This document shows, one piece after another, positions 58,140 through 64,000 of a DNA stretch of 64,000 nucleotides. Source of the stretch: a phage; the sequence record PZ379074.1. One strand, written 5' to 3'. A program made the translations under genes and the position numbers. The notes under the pieces are model-generated. The model did no database searches and was not told the origin of the DNA. It saw nothing but the letters and a program-made list of their open reading frames with translations. Each line of letters opens with the position of its first letter. The first letter of the stretch is position 1.

Positions 58140-58681
58140 TATTTACTCCAGATGTCATATACGCCAATTTGTTGGCAGACTTTGTGCAGTAATATTACGT
58201 CGTCTAATGCACGGTGTTTCTGTTCATATTTTCCGAAATATAATTCATACAGCTCTTGAAGCTTAACTCTTCGGCCAAAAATAGGCAAGGTTTGCTCAAC
58301 TGTACAAATGTTTATTTCTGGAAAATTAACATCATCAAGCGTAAGTCCTTCGCGCTGTAGTGCATAATCAAGAATGTTTTTATCGAACGCATGGTTGTGC
58401 GCGATAGTGGCATCCGTCTTCTTGAAGATTTCTTTTAGCTGCGGGACAAAATTGATGAATGGTGGATTGCACTCAAGGTCTTCATTTGTTAATCCGGTAA
58501 TCTTTGTGATAATTTCTTCAATCACGATTTCAGGATTAATTATGAATTCAAACGTTTCAAGAATCTCTTTGCCGTCTGTCAACAGGCCTGCAAATTCAAT
58601 AGGGCGCGGCTGCATCCCAAGCGGCGCTTTCGGGTGCACGGTCAATCCGGTTGTTTCGAAGTCATAAGGGAGAAATAACAC
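58139..58681 (-). CDS. DnaQ-like 3'-5' exonuclease (DEDDh)
   Basis: 180 aa; Exo I DFETTG, Exo II HNHAFD, Exo III HRALDD; stop overlaps polymerase start. Confidence 0.8.
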   Translation of the reverse strand: MLFLPYDFETTGLTVHPKAPLGMQPRPIEFAGLLTDGKEILETFEFIINPEIVIEEIITKITGLTNEDLECNPPFINFVPQLKEIFKKTDATIAHNHAFDKNILDYALQREGLTLDDVNFPEINICTVEQTLPIFGRRVKLQELYELYFGKYEQKHRALDDVILLHKVCQQIGVYDIWSK

Positions 58682-58735
58682 ATTAGCCTCCTACAAAAAG
58701 GCCGCCCATTAGGACGGCCACAGATTCACGATTCA

Positions 58736-59287
58736 TTATACAGTGTACGGAGTACCGTCTTGATTCAACCGCACGATGAACTTAAGGTCGACACCAATGA
58801 TTTCACGCGTATCAAAGATAACATAGTTGTAACGACGCTGACCAGCAATGTTTGGGTTGGTGTGAGAGTCGGTCACAACTTCCTGCGCAACCTGAATGCC
58901 TTCTTCTTTAAAGAACTTGCGCCATTCAGCAAGTTCAGCGGCAGTCACGTGCATACCAAGATGGCTAACCTGATTGTCGTGCGCATCGATGTATTCGATG
59001 TTTTCGTGAATCCAGTTGCAACCTTTTGTATAGTCAAGAATTTCAAGCTCAAGAGGCTTACCAGCGTCGCCATCGGTGCCGTTGCCAGCCTGATAGTTGA
59101 AGCGCAAGTCAGCTTCGTTGGTGCAATCGCCGCGCTGACCCTTAAAGACATCAGCTTCAAATACGCGACCAGTAGCAACAACGTGATCATGGAACCATTC
59201 TGTCAGGCCGATTTTAGCCAGGAAATTCTGTGCGCGCTGAGCACCTGGAATTGACAGGGCGATTTGTTCAATTTTAAAATGTGGCAT
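58736..59287 (-). CDS. hypothetical protein (183 aa), in nucleotide-metabolism operon
   Basis: ORF co-directional with SDR/HAD/thyX genes; no motif recognised. Confidence 0.5.
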   Translation of the reverse strand: MPHFKIEQIALSIPGAQRAQNFLAKIGLTEWFHDHVVATGRVFEADVFKGQRGDCTNEADLRFNYQAGNGTDGDAGKPLELEILDYTKGCNWIHENIEYIDAHDNQVSHLGMHVTAAELAEWRKFFKEEGIQVAQEVVTDSHTNPNIAGQRRYNYVIFDTREIIGVDLKFIVRLNQDGTPYTV

Positions 59288-59307
59288 TTTGTTTCCTTAA
59301 TTAAATA

Positions 59308-59478
59308 TTATTGATTAATTACTGTGTTGCCTTCGATGGAATAAGTCTCAATGGAACCGACGCGCTCGTGGTTAATCTTTGCGTTTTCGATTCTTATTAC
59401 TTCAAATCCAACACCTTCTTGATCAATCTTCACTTCTGCTACGTCGCCAATCACTTCTACAACAACTTTGATAGTCAT
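59308..59478 (-). CDS. hypothetical small protein (56 aa)
   Basis: Not in track (<60 aa); starts 3 nt after SDR stop. Confidence 0.35.
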   Translation of the reverse strand: MTIKVVVEVIGDVAEVKIDQEGVGFEVIRIENAKINHERVGSIETYSIEGNTVINQ

Positions 59479-59481
59479 GAT

Positions 59482-60165
59482 TTATTTCCCAAATGGAATA
59501 TCAGTACCAGACATAAAGCGCCATGCGCCCGTAATTAAGATATGGCGAATGAAGTCAGCAATTACTTGCGGCTCAGTCTCCAATCCATTCATCAGCGCCT
59601 TTTTCTGGTATTCAGCAGCATACTCAGGAGTCCAGCCGCGAGTCGCACAAACAGCATCTTCAATCTGTTTGGACATGCCAGTACCACGTAACTTATTAGG
59701 ACTAATAGAAAATACCGTGATCCCGTATTTAGGCGTAAGCTCGTGAGCCATCTGCTTGCTAATCATGAGCGCAGCAGCCTTGGAAGCATTATAACACAAG
59801 CTGGACGTCATAGGAATATGCGCAGCGTTGGAAACGATGTTGATCACAAAACCTTTGTTGTCGATAAGACTTTTCAGCGCGGCTTGAGTTGTGTTAACGA
59901 AAGAGAAGGCGTTGGTATGCATAACGCGGTTAAACTCTTCGTAGTTGACATCTTCAAACCAGTTGTTGGAGTTGACTCCAGCACAGTTGATCAAGCCTTC
60001 TACATCATATGGGCTTAAAATTTCTTTCATCTGTTTAGCGTCGCGGACGTCATATCCGTATGCTGAATCGATTCCAAGCACGTTATGACCGTAAGCGCCA
60101 AGGGTGTCAAAAATAGATTTACCAAGACCGGAATTGGAACCTGTTACAACAATTACTTTTTTCAT
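59482..60165 (-). CDS. short-chain dehydrogenase/reductase (SDR) family oxidoreductase
   Basis: 227 aa; cofactor motif TGSNSGLGK (TGxxxGxG); catalytic YNASK (YxxxK). Confidence 0.7.
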   Translation of the reverse strand: MKKVIVVTGSNSGLGKSIFDTLGAYGHNVLGIDSAYGYDVRDAKQMKEILSPYDVEGLINCAGVNSNNWFEDVNYEEFNRVMHTNAFSFVNTTQAALKSLIDNKGFVINIVSNAAHIPMTSSLCYNASKAAALMISKQMAHELTPKYGITVFSISPNKLRGTGMSKQIEDAVCATRGWTPEYAAEYQKKALMNGLETEPQVIADFIRHILITGAWRFMSGTDIPFGK

Positions 60166-60231
60166 TTATTTATCCTTTTTTGGACTTCGTTTCGACGAGA
60201 TAAATATAACTCATCGAAACGCACAAGTAAA

Positions 60232-61104
60232 CTATTTATTGAAATTAATATTGTGGGTGTTGACGAGACGTTCACACATGGCGCTGTAAACACCATCATC
60301 GTGTATAGAGTCTTCGTGCTTCAGGCCGCTGATTGCAAAGCGTGTAAGCTTGACAATCTTAAGCTCGAACAGATGCCACATGTGGTAGTCTTCCGGTGTC
60401 TTCAACGTTACGCCATTAGGGAACAACACCTGCATAACCTGACCTACCATCACAGCGTTATCGCCATAGACAGCGTTGCGCTCACGGAAGGTTGCTGCCA
60501 TTGCATCAAGAATATCGGCGGCAGTTGCCGGAGATTGTTCAACTTCTACATCCTTAGTCTCTTCTTGCCCTGTTGCGCTTGGATCAATTGCTAATTGTTG
60601 CACCACTTCACCTGCTTTGCAAAGATTAAATGTAAAAGCGATTTTATTTTGAGCAACGGAGTTATAATACAATGCTTCATCTTGCATCCGCGCGAGTACG
60701 TCTTGTCGGTCGTCGAATACATTGATGATTCGATAATCGCCGTGCTGCAAAGCGTGCGATAGCCATGCAGATTTCATAATAGTTGATGGACGTTTGTCGC
60801 CATAGTCTCTCATCTTGATTGTAAATTCATCAAAAGGAAAAACATTGTCCAGACGTTCAAAAGTCACTTGTCTGTATTTTTCTGGCCTTGCAGTCCAATA
60901 TTCAACCGCCTCACCGCGAAGAGATGCCGACTCTACTGCTGATGCAATGTGAGGATAGAACTGATCATAACCAATACCGCTGTGATAGTCATCATAGTCT
61001 GACAACGGACCTGCCACCTTGATGCGGTCTAAGCGCCAACGGTCATCAAACAGCGTTCCGTCAAGGTCGAATACGTTTAAGATTTCGCTGTTTTTAATGC
61101 TCAT
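60232..61104 (-). CDS. HAD-superfamily hydrolase-like protein (phosphatase/nucleotidase candidate)
   Basis: 290 aa; N-terminal motif I FDLDGTLFD (DxDGT); stop overlaps thyX start region. Confidence 0.5.
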   Translation of the reverse strand: MSIKNSEILNVFDLDGTLFDDRWRLDRIKVAGPLSDYDDYHSGIGYDQFYPHIASAVESASLRGEAVEYWTARPEKYRQVTFERLDNVFPFDEFTIKMRDYGDKRPSTIMKSAWLSHALQHGDYRIINVFDDRQDVLARMQDEALYYNSVAQNKIAFTFNLCKAGEVVQQLAIDPSATGQEETKDVEVEQSPATAADILDAMAATFRERNAVYGDNAVMVGQVMQVLFPNGVTLKTPEDYHMWHLFELKIVKLTRFAISGLKHEDSIHDDGVYSAMCERLVNTHNINFNK

Positions 61105-61931
61105 CCTTTTGATACTCCATCTTTGGCAACCGGATTATTGGTGATTGGCATTGCATTCCAAAACTGGATGCGTAATTCTTCTTGCTGTGCAGTGGTATCC
61201 ATCCAATCACGATACCAAGGGCAATGGGCCTTGCCATGGCGAGGGAATGCGCACTTGCCCATGCCGATGCATTGCGGCTGTAGTAAAGGATTAGCCCACG
61301 GGTGCACCTTGAGGACTTCAGCTACCATCGCACGGAAAACTTCCTGATACTCGCCTTGAGTGCGCGTGCACAAGCGGTTTGACGCCATCTGTTGCAGCGT
61401 TCGCAAGTTGAACTTTGCCATGATATGCGTTTGCATATTAGAAGGCAACACGGCACGTGCATCTTGAATCTCTGCGCCAGCCGCGCGAAGCTCTTGGTAG
61501 AGGGCGTCAATCGTTGCCATGGCATCATCCCACTTCTCTGCTAAGTATTGCTTTTGAAGTAAAGATTGATGCTCTTCATCAGTTCCAAATGCTTCACAGT
61601 GATCAATCAACTCTGGATTTTGGTGTGAAAATGCCTTCGGACGAATCGCATCAAACGCTGACGACTCCTGAGCGCGGCTTGTTCGTTCTTGATATGCACC
61701 TGTTCGTGTGCGCACCATCTGATGAGTCATATTCTTTGATACATCAGTGATGTCAAAGATATAGTCAACAAAGTCGAAAGGTGACTTTATGGTGTCAAGC
61801 ATGTAGCGCCAGTGCTCTTGCTTCTCTGATTCTGTCATCTCAGAGACTGGCTTACCAGTCATGCGCGTATTCTTTGTTTCCAGCAGAAGGTCAAGTGCAT
61901 CTTGGGTGTATCGAATTAATTCAACTTTCAT
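61101..61931 (-). CDS. thyX: flavin-dependent thymidylate synthase ThyX homolog (RTR variant of the RHR motif)
   Basis: 276 aa; RTRTGAYQERTSR aligns to ThyX RHRxxxxxxxS region; LPSNMQTHIMAKFNLRTLQQMASNR resembles ThyX substrate-loop region. Confidence 0.65.
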   Translation of the reverse strand: MKVELIRYTQDALDLLLETKNTRMTGKPVSEMTESEKQEHWRYMLDTIKSPFDFVDYIFDITDVSKNMTHQMVRTRTGAYQERTSRAQESSAFDAIRPKAFSHQNPELIDHCEAFGTDEEHQSLLQKQYLAEKWDDAMATIDALYQELRAAGAEIQDARAVLPSNMQTHIMAKFNLRTLQQMASNRLCTRTQGEYQEVFRAMVAEVLKVHPWANPLLQPQCIGMGKCAFPRHGKAHCPWYRDWMDTTAQQEELRIQFWNAMPITNNPVAKDGVSKG

Positions 61932-61944
61932 TTTAATTATCCTA

Positions 61945-62391
61945 TTAACGGTAGTTAACTAGTTGCTGATCACCAGAGAAGGTGCAATGATAAACGAATT
62001 GTGCGTTATAAAGCAACTGAAAACTTTTCTTTGGTTCATTATTAGAACTCATTGATGTAAAGATTTCTGCACCAGAACGGTTTTCACCAATCAGGTTGAT
62101 AAAGCCGCCAGTTGAACGAGGCTGAACGAAAGTGAAACGTTGCATCCACGGAGTGCGGTTGGCACCTTTCCCTGTGAATCCTTGAATCTGAATATTCAGG
62201 CCTTCTTGCTCGTTCACACCGATGTAAGTGGTAATTGTTGCGCCAGTCGTTGCTGCGGTCTTGCCGTCCATCGCTTCGCAATCGTAAACAGCGATTGAAT
62301 CGGAAGTACGGACAGCGGCTTCAGTCGCTTCCATATACATGGTTCCGAGAATAGCAGTTGCGGCAAGCGCGATTCCAGTGATTCGTTTCAT
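61945..62391 (-). CDS. secreted protein (148 aa) with signal peptide
   Basis: MKRITGIALAATAILGTMYMEATEAA signal-like N-terminus; lies between FAD oxidoreductase and thyX. Confidence 0.5.
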   Translation of the reverse strand: MKRITGIALAATAILGTMYMEATEAAVRTSDSIAVYDCEAMDGKTAATTGATITTYIGVNEQEGLNIQIQGFTGKGANRTPWMQRFTFVQPRSTGGFINLIGENRSGAEIFTSMSSNNEPKKSFQLLYNAQFVYHCTFSGDQQLVNYR

Positions 62392-62456
62392 TTTCGTTTC
62401 CTCTATGAGTTCTGCTTCAATGATTAAAGTATACGCCCATTGAAGCAGAAAGCAAA

Positions 62457-63452
62457 TTATTTATTAGCAATATAAGCAAATTTTTGATAGTTATTTGCTT
62501 TGATGAGTTTTTCAACTTCAACAAGGTCATGAGCAACGTCATCAAGCAAAATGTTTCGCCAAGTAGCAAATCGACCGACACTAAATACGTTCAAATCCAT
62601 GGTCAGCTGTAGGAGTAGAGCGTGTCGCAAGTCTTTCGGAATGTCGACAATCTTGCCATACTTCTGGTCGACCTTTTCAACTTCTTCGAGAGCGATGTCA
62701 CTCCATGATAGGCCAAAGGCTGTCAATACTTCGTCAACTTCTGCACGCAACTTAATGTCACGGTAACGAGTAATGCCGCCAGCGGCTTCAATTGCGGCTT
62801 CACTTACGCTAACCAAAGGAATTGTTTCAATGATCAGTGTGTCACCAGTGATTGATGCACGGTAAGTTCTGACGGAGTAGTCAGGAAAGTAAATGGTTTG
62901 ATACAGTTCACACTTGCGTTTAATCTTAAAGCGGTAAACACGAATGTTTGCCTTATCGAATGAGAAATCAATCTTTTGATCAATCCCAGCAAGCTTCATC
63001 ATGACTGGAAGCGGCGACGTGTTGATGATTGGCGTCTCGCTATAGCCGCAAAGAGTATCAACAGGAGTATTAAAGAATATGCGGTCACCCAGTTTGTCGA
63101 CAAGCTGATCATAAAAGTCATCAGGCGCAATATAACGCGTTGCAGTTTTAAGCTTCATGATTGAACGGCTGCCAAACTGATTGGTGACCTTCATGGAATA
63201 CATATTGGCAAGGTTGATTGGGCAATGGTCGTGGTAGTAGTTGCCGCGAAAATACACAGCCTTGTCAACTGTCACGGCTTTAAAAGGGATTCCGGTAATA
63301 CGGCTTACTTCTTCGCCGCGAAAGCGTAGCAACGCCTTGTGCTGTGGCGCTCGCTCCCCTGCTTCGTACACAATAGAGTTCGGGAAGTGACACGCGGTAA
63401 TAAGTCCTGCCAAACCGCCGCCGATAATCATTACAGGTTGTTTCATGTTCAT
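62457..63452 (-). CDS. FAD/NAD(P)-binding oxidoreductase
   Basis: 331 aa; N-terminal dinucleotide-binding fingerprint VMIIGGGLAGL (GxGxxG). Confidence 0.6.
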   Translation of the reverse strand: MNMKQPVMIIGGGLAGLITACHFPNSIVYEAGERAPQHKALLRFRGEEVSRITGIPFKAVTVDKAVYFRGNYYHDHCPINLANMYSMKVTNQFGSRSIMKLKTATRYIAPDDFYDQLVDKLGDRIFFNTPVDTLCGYSETPIINTSPLPVMMKLAGIDQKIDFSFDKANIRVYRFKIKRKCELYQTIYFPDYSVRTYRASITGDTLIIETIPLVSVSEAAIEAAGGITRYRDIKLRAEVDEVLTAFGLSWSDIALEEVEKVDQKYGKIVDIPKDLRHALLLQLTMDLNVFSVGRFATWRNILLDDVAHDLVEVEKLIKANNYQKFAYIANK

Positions 63453-63530
63453 TTGTCCTTTGTGGGTGATATGAGAAGTATAATAGCTAAATTATTTTAC
63501 AGCAACAAGTCATTTCTATTTAGTACAGAC

Positions 63531-63560
63531 GAAAAAAGACCCACAACAAGTGTGGGTCAA
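63531..63560 (-). terminator. rho-independent terminator (minus strand) after partial upstream gene
   Basis: GACCCACA-acaa-GTGTGGGTC stem; on minus strand followed by TTTTTTC. Confidence 0.6.
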
Positions 63561-63586
63561 TTACCGCTATATAACCGTCCTACAGG

Positions 63587-64000
63587 TTATTCCGCTTGAT
63601 CACCGTCTTCAGCATCGTCGTTTGATTCAACATCGACAAACTCGATGTGGCCCATCTCTTCCAGCTTGCTCAGGTAGGAGCGAACGGAAGCGCCAAACAG
63701 TTGATCTTTAACTTTTTCGCCCAGCTCATCGATAGACTGTGCCACACCAACTTCGCCTTCTTTGATCGCCGCCAGAACGCGTCCACGGGTGGAGTGCTCC
63801 TGCGGCTGGCTCAGGCCATTGCCAGTGTAGATGAAGTGAGTAGCTTTTGCACGACGCTGACCGTTTGCCTTTTTAGCAGCCTTACGTTCTGCGATGGCTT
63901 TGCGACGTTCTTCAGCTTCTTTCTTACGCTGTTCTTTCTGCTGTTCTGCAGCTTCTTTCGCCGCAATCTTAGCAGCTTCACGCTCTGCCTTGCGTTTCGC
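63587..64000 (-). CDS. partial CDS (C-terminal part; start beyond window end): Lys/Ala/Glu-rich basic repeat region plus acidic C-terminus
   Basis: Open minus-strand frame from window edge to TAA at 63587-63589; ...KRKAERKAAKIAAKEAAEQQKEQRKK...VESNDDAEDGDQAE; high-expression-type codons. Confidence 0.5.
   Translation of the reverse strand, partial: AKRKAEREAAKIAAKEAAEQQKEQRKKEAEERRKAIAERKAAKKANGQRRAKATHFIYTGNGLSQPQEHSTRGRVLAAIKEGEVGVAQSIDELGEKVKDQLFGASVRSYLSKLEEMGHIEFVDVESNDDAEDGDQAE

Noticed and set aside
63587-64000. Host chromosomal DNA / prophage boundary at the right end
   Set aside because: Host-like codon usage was noted, but there is no integrase, att-like repeat or tRNA, and the gene is co-directional and contiguous with the phage minus-strand operon; treated as a phage gene pending more sequence.

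Overview
The window reads as one contiguous piece of a large virulent-type tailed dsDNA phage genome (myovirus-like: sheath, tube, baseplate, several fibers), with enterobacterial-style codon usage. No integrase, rRNA, tRNA, CRISPR or IS element was recognised. Layout: (1) 1-11.4 kb, plus strand: tightly packed small early-type genes with a P-loop primase/helicase-like protein and several paralog families; (2) 10.3-14.5 kb: repeat-rich regulatory region and a compositionally distinct module of small acidic proteins driven by triplicated sigma70-like promoter / 5'UTR-hairpin / RBS cassettes; (3) 14.5-19.6 kb, minus strand: tail fiber with C-terminal intramolecular-chaperone domain plus small membrane proteins; (4) 19.8-48.4 kb, plus strand: Mu-like head module (terminase, portal, MuF-like, protease/scaffold, capsid) and tail module (sheath, duplicated tube-like proteins, tape measure with SLT domain, baseplate, two fiber genes, GH19 endolysin); (5) 48.4-64 kb, minus strand: ligase, MazG-like, candidate embedded spanin pair, SSB-like, SNF2 helicase, VRR-NUC, DnaE-like polymerase with separate DnaQ-like exonuclease, and a nucleotide-metabolism operon (ThyX homolog, HAD, SDR, FAD oxidoreductase, secreted protein). 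The strongest leads are the acidic-protein early module, two unrelated short-repeat systems (ATTTGCACTAT array; TACGGATGATACG iterons flanking a 26-bp perfect palindrome), and the flavin/SDR/HAD operon next to thyX. All functional calls rest on motifs read by eye; no database search was run.
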